Positions 46,509-56,485 of a stretch of DNA of 64,000 nucleotides are shown here, one piece after another. Below the pieces are notes generated by a model. It made no database searches and was not told the DNA's origin. It worked only from the letters and a program-made list of their open reading frames with translations. The position numbers and the translations under genes were made by a program. Within the stretch, counting starts at the first letter, position 1, and the number at the start of each line of letters is the position of its first letter. The stretch spans positions 2,496,001 through 2,560,000 of the forward strand of contig OZ252149.1 of the NCBI GenBank assembly GCA_965248755.1, in the 5' to 3' direction. This stretch comes from Candidatus Latescibacterota bacterium. Lineage in GTDB: Bacteria > Latescibacterota > CBDEFO01.

Positions 46509-47447
46509 ATGGACATAACCGAAGTGAAGCAGACCCTCTGTGGACCTATGATACCTGTAATCTCGGTCTTAAAACCGGATCTGAGTCTGGATATCGAGGG
46601 AACCCAGTTCAACGTTCGCGACGTAGTAGAAAGGGGATTTATAAGGGGCAAAGGCGTCCTTTTAGCGGTCGGTGCCGGCGGAGACTTTCCTATGATGACC
46701 GTTCAGGAGAGAAAAGATGTAACAAGGGCTATAGTTGATGCCGCAGATGGGGTAGTTCCTGTCCTTGCAGGGGCGCAGGATACAGACCCTAAAGTCTGCA
46801 TAGAGATCGCCCAGTTTGCAGAGGAAGTGGGAGCTTACGGGATTCAGTTGTCCGCACCATACTACTACCAGCCTTCGGACGATGACGTTATAAAGCACGT
46901 TACGTCTATCCACGATGCGACAGAAAGAATTGCCATTATGATCTATAACACCTGGTGGCACGGATATAACATACCCCTGGACGTATTAGACAAGCTTTCC
47001 CAATTAGATCGCGTCGTATCTTTGAAATGGTCTACTCCCGACGGGGCGAAGTCCTACACTAATGGTATATCCAGATTCTCTGACAGATTGGCCATCGTGG
47101 ATAATCAGGGACTTCAGGTGTTGAGTTACATGCTCGGCGGCACAGGTTACATCACGCACCTGGCGACGGTGTGGCCGGAACACGACCTGTCCCTCCACGA
47201 GCAGATGAAAAACAGGGACTATATGTCCGCATTGGAGGGCTTTAAAGATGCGAACTGGCCCTGGGGAGATTTCAGGGGCAAGATGGCGCAAAGGACAGGT
47301 GGAGAGGCGAACGTCGTCAAGGCAGCGTTGGAGCTATGCGGACGACCGGCCGGACCCTCAAGACCTCCCACGAGAGCGTTGAATAGTGACGAACGCGAAG
47401 AACTCAGGCAACTTTTGATCAAAATCGGCGTTCCGAATGTAAAGTAA
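46509..47447 (+). CDS. Dihydrodipicolinate synthase/N-acetylneuraminate lyase family aldolase
   Basis: G..GDF..MT..ER, PYY, MIYN, Schiff-base Lys in SLKWS. Confidence 0.88.
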   Translation: MDITEVKQTLCGPMIPVISVLKPDLSLDIEGTQFNVRDVVERGFIRGKGVLLAVGAGGDFPMMTVQERKDVTRAIVDAADGVVPVLAGAQDTDPKVCIEIAQFAEEVGAYGIQLSAPYYYQPSDDDVIKHVTSIHDATERIAIMIYNTWWHGYNIPLDVLDKLSQLDRVVSLKWSTPDGAKSYTNGISRFSDRLAIVDNQGLQVLSYMLGGTGYITHLATVWPEHDLSLHEQMKNRDYMSALEGFKDANWPWGDFRGKMAQRTGGEANVVKAALELCGRPAGPSRPPTRALNSDEREELRQLLIKIGVPNVK

Positions 47448-47497
47448 GATCGGGACTATAGTTGATCTCGATCTGTGAAATATAGAGGAGAAATCAA

Positions 47498-48181
47498 ATG
47501 GCTGCTGATCTGACGTCCGAGCAACTGACTGCATTGAGGAGCTTCGACAGCCCTACTATTGCCAACGCTATTGAAACCTTTGAAGTCAGGGGACTGATAG
47601 AGGGATTTATGGGCTTAGACATAAAGTGCCTCTTTCCCGATATGGGAGTGATGTTGGGATACGCCGTGACGGCGACAGCCGACAGCATGACGCCCGGAAG
47701 GCCCAAAGACAGAAGACCCGTCTTGGAGCTGTGGAGAACGCTTGAGGCGTCGCCCAATCCTACGGTCTTAGTCTTCCAGGACGTGGGACCAAGGCCCCTC
47801 CAAAGCTGTCACTTCGGAGATAATATGGCGCATATCGCAATGAGATTAGGCGCTCTGGGACTGATCACCAACGGAGGGGTCAGGGATTTGGAGGAGGTAG
47901 AAGCTATAGGATTTCAATATTGTGCTGCGGGGACTGTCGTCTCTCACGGAAATCACGGGATCGTAGACGTCAATGTGCCTGTAGAGTTAAGCGGCGTCAG
48001 GATAGAGCCGGGAGATCTCATACACGCCGATAGGAACGGCGTGGTCGTCATCCCTGCACAGATAGCCGATAAGGTGGCCAAGGAGGCTATGCAGGTGAGA
48101 GAAAGAGAGAGCAAGATAGTGGAGTTTGTGGACGGCCCAGACTTTTCGCTGGATGGATTAGCCAAGATGTATGGTCTATAA
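47498..48181 (+). CDS. RraA/HMG-aldolase family protein
   Basis: GYAVTA, FGD, TNGGVRD, PGDLIHADRNGVVVIP. Confidence 0.9.
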   Translation: MAADLTSEQLTALRSFDSPTIANAIETFEVRGLIEGFMGLDIKCLFPDMGVMLGYAVTATADSMTPGRPKDRRPVLELWRTLEASPNPTVLVFQDVGPRPLQSCHFGDNMAHIAMRLGALGLITNGGVRDLEEVEAIGFQYCAAGTVVSHGNHGIVDVNVPVELSGVRIEPGDLIHADRNGVVVIPAQIADKVAKEAMQVRERESKIVEFVDGPDFSLDGLAKMYGL

Positions 48182-48323
48182 CGTTGATTAATAGTAATGA
48201 TCTATCTTCATTAGGCGGGCAAGGAGTCCTTGAGTCATCATAGCCTCCGATCCATTGCAATAGTTGCGGAGTACTTTTTCAACAAATTCAGTTCGGATAA
48301 TTTACCACGTAGGAAGGATAGTT

Positions 48324-48725
48324 ATGTATAAGTGGAATCTTGTCCTGACTTTGATTACGACACTTTCGTTATTTAGATGTGCAACGACAAACAAAATGCG
48401 TACCGCCCCACTTTCCGCTGGTGTTCCACGAATATTCACTGCCGAATATAATCGAGTTTTAAAAGTAGCTCAAGAAGCTGTTGTTGAAGCTGGGTTGATG
48501 ATTGAAGATGTTAATCAAGTTAATGATAAAACTTGGATGATAATAGGCAAGAAAGGTGCTTCAGGTTGGAGTGTAGGGGAGCTTGTCCGTGTTGTAGTTG
48601 AAGAGATGAATGATGCCAAAACAATCGTACGAGTGTATACAAAAAGAAGGCTTGCTACAAATATTACGGCCAAAGGGGATTACTCTCAATCTATTCTATC
48701 AAATATAGATTTGAAGCTGCAGTAG
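48324..48725 (+). CDS. Hypothetical lipoprotein (AT-rich)
   Basis: Hydrophobic leader ending in a Cys (CAT); low GC. Confidence 0.6.
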   Translation: MYKWNLVLTLITTLSLFRCATTNKMRTAPLSAGVPRIFTAEYNRVLKVAQEAVVEAGLMIEDVNQVNDKTWMIIGKKGASGWSVGELVRVVVEEMNDAKTIVRVYTKRRLATNITAKGDYSQSILSNIDLKLQ

Positions 48726-48798
48726 AACAATGCCATCGCCTAACATACATTAGAGGCTAAAACTCAAGACAAGAAAGTATCCCTACAAGGAATGCTAT

Positions 48799-49491
48799 TT
48801 GGATTATTGGATAATAAATGCTCTTGAAAAGGGCAATCAATATTTTGAAGAGATTCATCCTTATGTTTGGCTTATGGATGATCATAAATGGGCTTATTAT
48901 GTATGGGAAAAATATCGTTGTAAATCTGTTCATAACCCACCATTTACGCTTGTCCACTTGGATCGTCATTGGGATGGAGTAGACGATTTTACAAATAATC
49001 CTTCAGAGAAAGAAAAGCTTATCAAAATAGATACTCTTAAACCGATATACCAATTATTAGCGTCGGGTTCGAATCTTATTCGAAAAGACTCCTTTATTGC
49101 TCCGGCAATTATGAGAGACTTAGTAAATGAAATACACTTTTATTGCACACAGACTGACACAGAAATTGGAATAGACGAACCATTACTTCGAGAGTTCGAA
49201 GCAAGACAATTTATTCATGTGGATATTAAATCTCTTATTGAAAGAGTTTCTGGCCAGCGAATATTTTTCGACATTGATTTGGATCTATTCAATAAATCTG
49301 ATATGTTTCTTGAAGGTGATCTTTGGGAGGAAAATGAAATAGTAGATTTTATAGATCAATGTTCACCTATTTTGAAAAATTCCTCTACTATAACTATTTC
49401 AATGTCATTTGGTTACTCTGGAACGCAACAAGATATGTATTATCTTACTAAGCTTGTCGTTCCAAGGTTACTTCATTATTTTGAAATATAA
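48799..49491 (+). CDS. UPF0489-like protein (arginase/deacetylase-like fold), AT-rich
   Basis: MDDH.WA, LVHLDRHWD, DSFI.PA, FDIDLDLF. Confidence 0.7.
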   Translation: MDYWIINALEKGNQYFEEIHPYVWLMDDHKWAYYVWEKYRCKSVHNPPFTLVHLDRHWDGVDDFTNNPSEKEKLIKIDTLKPIYQLLASGSNLIRKDSFIAPAIMRDLVNEIHFYCTQTDTEIGIDEPLLREFEARQFIHVDIKSLIERVSGQRIFFDIDLDLFNKSDMFLEGDLWEENEIVDFIDQCSPILKNSSTITISMSFGYSGTQQDMYYLTKLVVPRLLHYFEI

Positions 49492-49529
49492 CGTAAAAGT
49501 ATACACCTAAACAAGGAGTTCTGTATTCC

Positions 49530-50780
49530 ATGAAGATCACCGACATTGAAGTTCATACGATCTGTCCACCCTTTTGTGAGTGGAACAGCGAAGCCTTAAC
49601 GCGCTATCAGGGCCCTGACTTCAGGTACCGTACTATCTATATATTGCACACCGACAACGGTCTGGAGGGTTTAGGGGAGCAGTCCGGCAAACCTTGGCCG
49701 CAGTCTGCGGAGTTTATTGACCAGCTCCGGGGAAGTGATCCTTTTGACTGGTTGCATCACCCATCTTTGAATATCGGTCTGGCTCCAGCCATCTATGACT
49801 TGATCGGCAAGCACAACGGCGTCCCTGCATACAAACTCTTTGGGCCTAAGGTGCGGTCGTGGGTGCCTATGGGCTTTTGGACAGTCTCCCAGACTCCCTC
49901 CAAGATGGCTGAGGAGGTGGAGCACGCCGCCAGAGAGGGCTACACCTGGCTCAAGTACCACACCAGCCACTTCCATAATGCAATCGAGCAGACGAAGGCT
50001 ATGCAGGAGGTCGCTCCGCCGGGCTTCAAGATCCACTACGATCTAAACTTTGATAACACGGTGGACCACGTCTTGCAGCTTGCTTATGAACTTGCAAAGT
50101 ACCCCATCGCTGGCGCAATCGAGGACCCTCTTCGCACCCACCACTCTGAGGGATACCGCCTCTTAAGGGAGAAGAGCCTCCTGCCGATCTACTTTCATCA
50201 AGTTCCAATAGGCGTCCGAGAAGCGATATTGGGATTGGTCGACGGCTTTATGTTAGGACACTCTCCTATCGGACCGGTCATCAGCAGGGCAGGTCTTTTT
50301 GAGGCTGCCAATGTCCCCTTTATGACACAGAACATAGGGGGTAACATTATGCGCGCAACAGTCGCTCACATGGGCGCGGCCTTCCCTATGGCGACGCTCC
50401 ACCATGTCAACCTCTGCCACCTCTGGTCAGAGGACGTAGTGACACCAACTTTTAAGGTCTCCGGCGGGGCAGTTCAAGTCCCTGAATCTCCCGGACTCGG
50501 TGTGACATTGGATCGGGAGGCGTTGGAACGTTGGGAGGCGGCAGAGCCAGATCCTTTGCCAAGAGCGCTGATCCGCATCCAGTACGCCTCCTTCCCCACG
50601 ATCTACGCAAGGCTCCCTGTCACAGATATGAGAGATCATGCAGGGACAGGTCCCAGCCATCTTCCCGGATATGGTCCTGGCTACAATAGACCAGTCGATT
50701 TGGAATACTGGGACGATGACGGTTCTCCGGAATTTGCCAAACTTTGGGAGCGCACCGCCTCTGGACCCGTAACTGAATAA
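49530..50780 (+). CDS. Mandelate racemase/muconate lactonizing enzyme family, copy 1
   Basis: MKITDIE, LHTDNGLEGLGE, YDLIGK, DLN, IEDP, PGLGVTLD. Confidence 0.85.
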   Translation: MKITDIEVHTICPPFCEWNSEALTRYQGPDFRYRTIYILHTDNGLEGLGEQSGKPWPQSAEFIDQLRGSDPFDWLHHPSLNIGLAPAIYDLIGKHNGVPAYKLFGPKVRSWVPMGFWTVSQTPSKMAEEVEHAAREGYTWLKYHTSHFHNAIEQTKAMQEVAPPGFKIHYDLNFDNTVDHVLQLAYELAKYPIAGAIEDPLRTHHSEGYRLLREKSLLPIYFHQVPIGVREAILGLVDGFMLGHSPIGPVISRAGLFEAANVPFMTQNIGGNIMRATVAHMGAAFPMATLHHVNLCHLWSEDVVTPTFKVSGGAVQVPESPGLGVTLDREALERWEAAEPDPLPRALIRIQYASFPTIYARLPVTDMRDHAGTGPSHLPGYGPGYNRPVDLEYWDDDGSPEFAKLWERTASGPVTE

Positions 50781-50868
50781 ATTAAGTAGACAGCAAACAG
50801 CGTACAGTAGGCAAGGAGAAGAGGATGCCCTCAAGGAGAAGAGGATGCCCTGCTACTACTATATTACT

Positions 50869-51146
50869 ATAGAAGTGATTGAAACTTTTTAATGTTTGCA
50901 TAAGTATATGTAATCCAATAACGTAAATTGTTTAAAGGAGGGATTGCTAAAAGTCATCTTCAAGAATGGTTATACAGTTGAGGCTCGATTGGGAAGCCTG
51001 CGAAGCCTGAAAAAATAGCGTTCCAGATTCTTTCTTCAAGAGCATTTACAAGCTTGACTTACCGAAATCAAAACTTGCGAAAGTTACTTTAAGTTCACAA
51101 TTTGCAAATTGTTAAATTAATTTCAAAAAGTTTCAACGAGTTCTAT
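50869..51146. mobile_element. 278-bp MITE with TIRs
   Basis: ATAGAAGTGATTGAAACTTTTT and AAAAAGTTTCAACGAGTTCTAT are 19/22 complementary; AT-rich non-coding interior. Confidence 0.75.
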
Positions 51147-51169
51147 GTAAGTAAGGAGTGCATTATTCC

Positions 51170-52423
51170 ATGAAGATCACCGACATTGAAGTTCATACGA
51201 TCTGTCCACCCTTTTGTGAGTGGAACAGCGAAGCCCTGACGCGCTATCAGGGCCCTGACTTCCGGTGCCGTACTATCTATATATTGCACACCGACAACGG
51301 TCTGGAGGGTTTAGGGGAACAGAACGGCAAACCCTGGCCGCGGTCTGAAGAGTATATTGACCAGCTCCGGGGAAGTGATCCTTTTGACTGGTTGCATCAC
51401 CCGACATTGAATATCGGTCTGGCTCCAGCCATCTACGACTTGATCGGCAAGCACAACGGCGTCCCGGCATACAAGCTCTTTGGGCCTAAGGTGCGATCGT
51501 GGGTTCCTATGGGCTTTTGGACAGTCTCCCAGACTCCCTCCAAGATGGCTGAGGAGGTGGAGCACGCCGCCAGAGAGGGCTACACCTGGCTCAAGTACCA
51601 CACCAGCCACTTCCATAATGCAATCGAACAGACGAAGGCTATGCAGGAGGTCGCTCCGTCGGGCTTCAAGATCCACTACGATCTAAACTTTGATAACACG
51701 GTGGACCACGTCTTGCAGCTTGCTTATGAACTTGCACAGTATCCCATCGCTGGCGCAATCGAGGACCCTCTTCGCACCCACCACTCTGAGGGATACCGCC
51801 TCTTAAGGGAGAAGAGCCCCCTGCCGATCTACTTTCATCAAGTGCCAATAGGCGTCCGAGAAGCGATATTGGGATTGGTCGACGGCTATATGGTAGGACA
51901 CTCTCCTATCGGCCCGGTCATAAGTCAGGCAGGTCTCTTTGAGGCTGCCAATGTCCCCTTTATGACACAGAACACAGGGGGTAACATTATGCGCGCAATA
52001 TCCACTCACATAGGCGCGGCCTTCCCTATGGCGACGCTCCACCATGCCAACCTCTGCCACCTCTGGTCAGAGGACGTAGTGACACCAACTTTTAAGGTCT
52101 CCGGCGGGGCAGTTCAAGTCCCTGAATCTCCCGGACTCGGTGTGACATTGGATCGGGAGGCGTTGGAACGTTGGGAGGCGGCAGAGCCAGATCCTTTGCC
52201 AAGAGCGCTGATCCGCATCCAGTACGCCTCCTTCCCCACGATCTACGCAAGGCTCCCTGTCATAGGTATGACAGATCATTCCGGGACAGGTCCCAGCCAC
52301 CTTCCGGGATATGGTCCTGGCTACAATAGACCGGTCGATTTGGACTACTGGGACGATGACGGTTCTTCAGAGTTTGCCGAACTTTGGGAACGCACTGCCT
52401 CTGGACCCGCAGAAGCTAAGTAG
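51170..52423 (+). CDS. Mandelate racemase/muconate lactonizing enzyme family, copy 2
   Basis: Tandem paralog of 49530..50780, over 90% identical by eye. Confidence 0.85.
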   Translation: MKITDIEVHTICPPFCEWNSEALTRYQGPDFRCRTIYILHTDNGLEGLGEQNGKPWPRSEEYIDQLRGSDPFDWLHHPTLNIGLAPAIYDLIGKHNGVPAYKLFGPKVRSWVPMGFWTVSQTPSKMAEEVEHAAREGYTWLKYHTSHFHNAIEQTKAMQEVAPSGFKIHYDLNFDNTVDHVLQLAYELAQYPIAGAIEDPLRTHHSEGYRLLREKSPLPIYFHQVPIGVREAILGLVDGYMVGHSPIGPVISQAGLFEAANVPFMTQNTGGNIMRAISTHIGAAFPMATLHHANLCHLWSEDVVTPTFKVSGGAVQVPESPGLGVTLDREALERWEAAEPDPLPRALIRIQYASFPTIYARLPVIGMTDHSGTGPSHLPGYGPGYNRPVDLDYWDDDGSSEFAELWERTASGPAEAK

Positions 52424-52507
52424 ACAGGAACTCCCCTTTCTTCCTACCCACTTGAATAGTGGATAGCATATAGGGATTGTGAGGATCAAACATAAATCAA
52501 TGGTTAA

Positions 52508-52738
52508 ATGATTCGCGAGTTAGATGCGGTCGTTCTCACACATGACCTTGAAGATCATAGCCTGAAACAAGGTAATGTGGTGGCCGTAGTGCAATGTTAC
52601 AGTGATGGTGAGGGATTTGAGGTCGAGTTTGTGACTGCTGAAGGGAAAACGATTGGCTTATTGACGCTCAAACCGGATGATATTCGCCCAATGAAAAGTG
52701 GTGAGATGCTGCATGTGCGGGAATTCGCTCCGGTATAG
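52508..52738 (+). CDS. DUF4926 family protein
   Basis: MIRELDAVVLTHDL..G.VV..Y..FEVEF..G.T. Confidence 0.85.
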   Translation: MIRELDAVVLTHDLEDHSLKQGNVVAVVQCYSDGEGFEVEFVTAEGKTIGLLTLKPDDIRPMKSGEMLHVREFAPV

Positions 52739-52854
52739 TATCAGCTTAGCACGTGCAAGACACTACAATAATGTTACATCGTATAACACCTTCTACTCAG
52801 GTAGATAGCAAAGAGGGACGGGAGCCGGTGCCCTGTCTACTGCCTACTATCTTA

Positions 52855-54726
52855 TCACGTTACTTCAACCACACAGTCGAAGATCTCACCTACATGCTCG
52901 TCGTCGAAGACGACGTCCGCTGTAAGGGCGTATGCCCGTTTCTTTGCACCGCTTGGAACGCGAATTCTGAACCCGGTCTTTAGGCTGTCCTTAGGAGGGA
53001 TTGAGGCATCTACAGTCTGAGGATCAGCTTCCCACCCTTGAGGAATCATAAGCCTGTAATATACCGGGACTTCTCTCTCCTTGTGATTGGTAACGCACAC
53101 ATCCAACTTGAAGGCGCGTCCTGCCCTGGAACGCTTCCTGTAAGGATAGAAGCTTACCCAGTAGGGGTCTATGAAGTATTCGTATTCTTTATAATGAGAC
53201 AATTGCTTTAGGGCTCGTCTGAAGTTATAGCTCCACTTGAGGAACAGTTCCAACTGTTCCTTAGGATTAGGTATCTCTTGGGCGTGTCCTCCCAGGATCA
53301 GGTCGGGCTGGAGCTTACTCAAGATCTGAGCGCACTTTATATAGCCCTTTTCAAGTATCCCTCCGTTCCTCGCAACAAAGGCATCGTGACCGGACCTGTC
53401 GGGGCTGTAGAATATGTTGTCTCCTGAAAAGACAATGGTCTTTCTGTCAATCTTTCCTGCTATTCCAGCTGAAAACTCCGTCTGTCCCGGAAGGTGGAAA
53501 ACTTTCAGCCGGAAGTTCTCCCATACTATCTCTTCTCCGTCGTTGAGGACACGATGCACTTTGATCCTGTTGAAGGGGAGGTCATAGCTATTTACAAGAC
53601 CGGTCAGGTTGAACCTCTCGGGAGATTCCAGCATCTCTTTGAAGTTATGGTAGCACCAGACTTGTGCGCCGTATTTTTTGACCAGGTGAGGTATCTGCAG
53701 AAGGTGGTCTCCGTGATACTGGGTCGGTATAACAGCGACGATCTTTTTCAATCCTAAAAGATGCTTCATATCCTCAATCTTGTCGTCCAGCCACCTTATC
53801 GTCTCCTTGTAATCCATCCCCATAACGCCGCAATCTATAAAGAGGGCGCGGCCAGAATCCGAGAGGAGGATGTAGAGATTGCATCCGATGCCATAACCCC
53901 TCCCTTTGAAGATGTGCTCTGTGACCCTTCGTATGCCCGGTATCTCTGTCGGTTGACTTATCCTATCGAGTTCACCTGGATTTCTCTCCAGGTCCCAATC
54001 TCGCAAAAGGAAGCGGTTTACAAATCGCTCGAGACGCTTTATCAAGGTGGAAAGCTCCCGTTCAGGCGAGGTTATGACCCTCCCGTGAGAGGGGCACAAA
54101 ATATCAGGAGCGTCGCTCTGGAGTGCCCTTAAAGAAGAAAGGAGAGTCTTGAAACCTTCTGCGTATCCGTAGTCCCATTCTGAATCGTAGTAGTTGTGTA
54201 ACTTGGACGGCGAGACTATCAGGTCCCCGCAGAAGACGAGGTTTTTGCCTCCTATTTTCGTGGAGAAAGACATTGCCCCGTGCGAGTTTCCAGGTCTTTT
54301 ATATGCGCTCAGATGATACTTCCCCCACTTGAAGCTGTCTCCATCCACAAAGGAGCGATCCACCTTAACTCCTTGCCTTAAAGGCCTGACAAAGGGCGCC
54401 CCGTGAACCGACAGTTCCTCAGGATGTTCCCAATGTGTTAAAGGATTGCTAAAGAGTGTCCTTTCGTAGGATGGAACCCCTATTTTGGTTTTGAGTGGCC
54501 TCAACAGATGATCGCCCTGACACTGTTCTCTGTGATGATGCGTATGCAGCACCCAGTCAATCTTCTTTATACCTATCTCTGGAAGGCGCTTTAGAACATC
54601 TCCTGACCCGAAGTCGATAGCTATAGCCTTATCCTTTTCTCTGAGAAGATAGACGTTGCAGGTATCTTTAAATAGATACAGATCGGGGAGTATCTCTTGA
54701 AACTTTTTTCTGGACATATAAGACAT
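52855..54726 (-). CDS. Tandem metallo-beta-lactamase-fold hydrolase with C-terminal Ig-like domain
   Basis: THHHREQ and TQYHGDH motifs, PSHG/GGH, C-terminal beta-sandwich. Confidence 0.8.
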   Translation of the reverse strand: MSYMSRKKFQEILPDLYLFKDTCNVYLLREKDKAIAIDFGSGDVLKRLPEIGIKKIDWVLHTHHHREQCQGDHLLRPLKTKIGVPSYERTLFSNPLTHWEHPEELSVHGAPFVRPLRQGVKVDRSFVDGDSFKWGKYHLSAYKRPGNSHGAMSFSTKIGGKNLVFCGDLIVSPSKLHNYYDSEWDYGYAEGFKTLLSSLRALQSDAPDILCPSHGRVITSPERELSTLIKRLERFVNRFLLRDWDLERNPGELDRISQPTEIPGIRRVTEHIFKGRGYGIGCNLYILLSDSGRALFIDCGVMGMDYKETIRWLDDKIEDMKHLLGLKKIVAVIPTQYHGDHLLQIPHLVKKYGAQVWCYHNFKEMLESPERFNLTGLVNSYDLPFNRIKVHRVLNDGEEIVWENFRLKVFHLPGQTEFSAGIAGKIDRKTIVFSGDNIFYSPDRSGHDAFVARNGGILEKGYIKCAQILSKLQPDLILGGHAQEIPNPKEQLELFLKWSYNFRRALKQLSHYKEYEYFIDPYWVSFYPYRKRSRAGRAFKLDVCVTNHKEREVPVYYRLMIPQGWEADPQTVDASIPPKDSLKTGFRIRVPSGAKKRAYALTADVVFDDEHVGEIFDCVVEVT

Positions 54727-54964
54727 TTATCGTATCCGGCGCACTTTACGTGCTCTCTTACGGTGATTGTAACTGCCTCTGACTAACAAGCCTGCATCGT
54801 GCTCCCAAACAAAGCGCTCAAGGTGCCCAAAGTTGTGAGCTGGATCATATTTTGAGGATTCCTTGCACTGTTTCCTTTAGCTTTAGTTGCCTAGGGGTTG
54901 AGCTTTCGTCAGCATGTAAATCCAGGGCGCTACCAGAGCACATGCCATAAATCTGAATCCGTCT

Positions 54965-55987
54965 TCATTCCCTCCAGCAGCTTGTATCGGTCTCTATCGA
55001 ATTGCGGATCTTCTCCGCCAGTGCCTCCAAATTGGAGCGTGACTCAGGCTTGGGAATATCTGGATATACGTTGAAATAGCCATCGTCTGGACATCTGGGA
55101 AAGATGTGAAAGTAAACGTGGAAGATCTCTTGTCCTGCAACTTCGCCATTGGATTGCCAGATGTTGAGCCCTGATGGCTTTAATGTTGACCTTACCGCCT
55201 GTGCAACTTTTACCACGGCCCGCGACACGTGCGAGGCAAGTTCGTCGTCCAAGTCATAAATCATCTCTACATGACGTCTCGGTATTACAAGTACATGACC
55301 AGGATTACCTTGCCGTAGACCCATAAACGCCAGGGTATATTTGTCTCCATAGACGCAACTCGCTTCCTCTTTCTGAGAAATTATTTGGCAGAAGATGCAG
55401 CTGTCCCTAATCGACCTCGCCCTGTCTATAAGCTGTCTCAACTCAAGATCAGTAGCTTCAGCCAGAATCAGAAGTGTGGAGTAGGGATTCCCAGACAGGC
55501 AGAAGTGTTCAGCAAACGCAGGTTCTGTCTTTATACCTTTTGTTTTCATCAGACGGATCGCTGACTTCGCCGGTTCTCCATCCAGCTTCAGCAGTCGCGC
55601 TTCTGCTACCAAGTGTCGATATGCGTTCTGCTCTTTCACAGGACGTGACTGTCCGCAAATCTCCATCGAAACGGCTGAATGAGAGAAATTGCAGATTATG
55701 ACTGGTAGCCGATTAACTTCTACCCTGCGGATCGAGAAATCATAATATTGAGAGAATGCCTCTTGAATTACCTCTTCAAAATTTCTGGGGCTGTCAACCT
55801 GGCAAATAATGTCGAGGTCACTATCGGGAGTATCTACATCGAGCGGAATTGTCCCAACCAGAATAGGATCGAAACCCGCAAGTCTCTGAAAGATATCAAG
55901 CCTGGTGAGAATCTCATAGGCTTGCCTCTGACGATGAGTTCCACTCTTTAAGTATGAGATATCATCCCACTGCATAAGTGATCTCAT
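54965..55987 (-). CDS. DUF4269-HIT fusion protein
   Basis: N-terminal GTIPLDVD..SDLDIIC..KTEPAFA; C-terminal CIFC..GHVLVIPRRH..NG..AGQ..HVYFHIFPR. Confidence 0.8.
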   Translation of the reverse strand: MRSLMQWDDISYLKSGTHRQRQAYEILTRLDIFQRLAGFDPILVGTIPLDVDTPDSDLDIICQVDSPRNFEEVIQEAFSQYYDFSIRRVEVNRLPVIICNFSHSAVSMEICGQSRPVKEQNAYRHLVAEARLLKLDGEPAKSAIRLMKTKGIKTEPAFAEHFCLSGNPYSTLLILAEATDLELRQLIDRARSIRDSCIFCQIISQKEEASCVYGDKYTLAFMGLRQGNPGHVLVIPRRHVEMIYDLDDELASHVSRAVVKVAQAVRSTLKPSGLNIWQSNGEVAGQEIFHVYFHIFPRCPDDGYFNVYPDIPKPESRSNLEALAEKIRNSIETDTSCWRE

Positions 55988-56178
55988 TTAACCATTGGCA
56001 TGGCAAGGTTCAGCATGCTGTTTGCTAGAAATGCTCGTCAAAGATGGTTAGGGAACAATTTCGGATAAGTTTGCCAGAGGTGTATCACTCCACTATCTCT
56101 CAAATTTATCTTTCCGAAGTCAAGGTAATTTGTTATTTTGGTATATCATCCACCCATAAAAGAAAGGACTCGGAACTT

Positions 56179-56478
56179 ATGAAACTCGACAGGACTCTAA
56201 AGGTGCTCCTTGTTTTGATGTTGGCGTCCTCGCTTGCGGACATGTTCAGCTCGTCTGGGTTCTACGGCAGCGTCTTCGCCCAATCTGAGGAAGAGACAGG
56301 AGAAAAAGAAGAGGTCCAAAAACTGTCCATCGACGCCTGGAGAGAAGGCGAAGCCTCCTCAGCTATATCCATAGTCTGCAGCAGTGACGGCAGATACGTA
56401 TTCGTCACAGACGGCGGATACATTTACCGCTCGGACGAGTACGGCAAGATAGGGAGCTGGGAGAAGGTGCTCAGGTGA
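56179..56478 (+). CDS. Small secreted hypothetical protein
   Basis: RBS, MKLDRTLKVLLVL leader, CSSDGRYVFV..IYRS. Confidence 0.55.
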   Translation: MKLDRTLKVLLVLMLASSLADMFSSSGFYGSVFAQSEEETGEKEEVQKLSIDAWREGEASSAISIVCSSDGRYVFVTDGGYIYRSDEYGKIGSWEKVLR

Positions 56479-56485
56479 TCGATAT

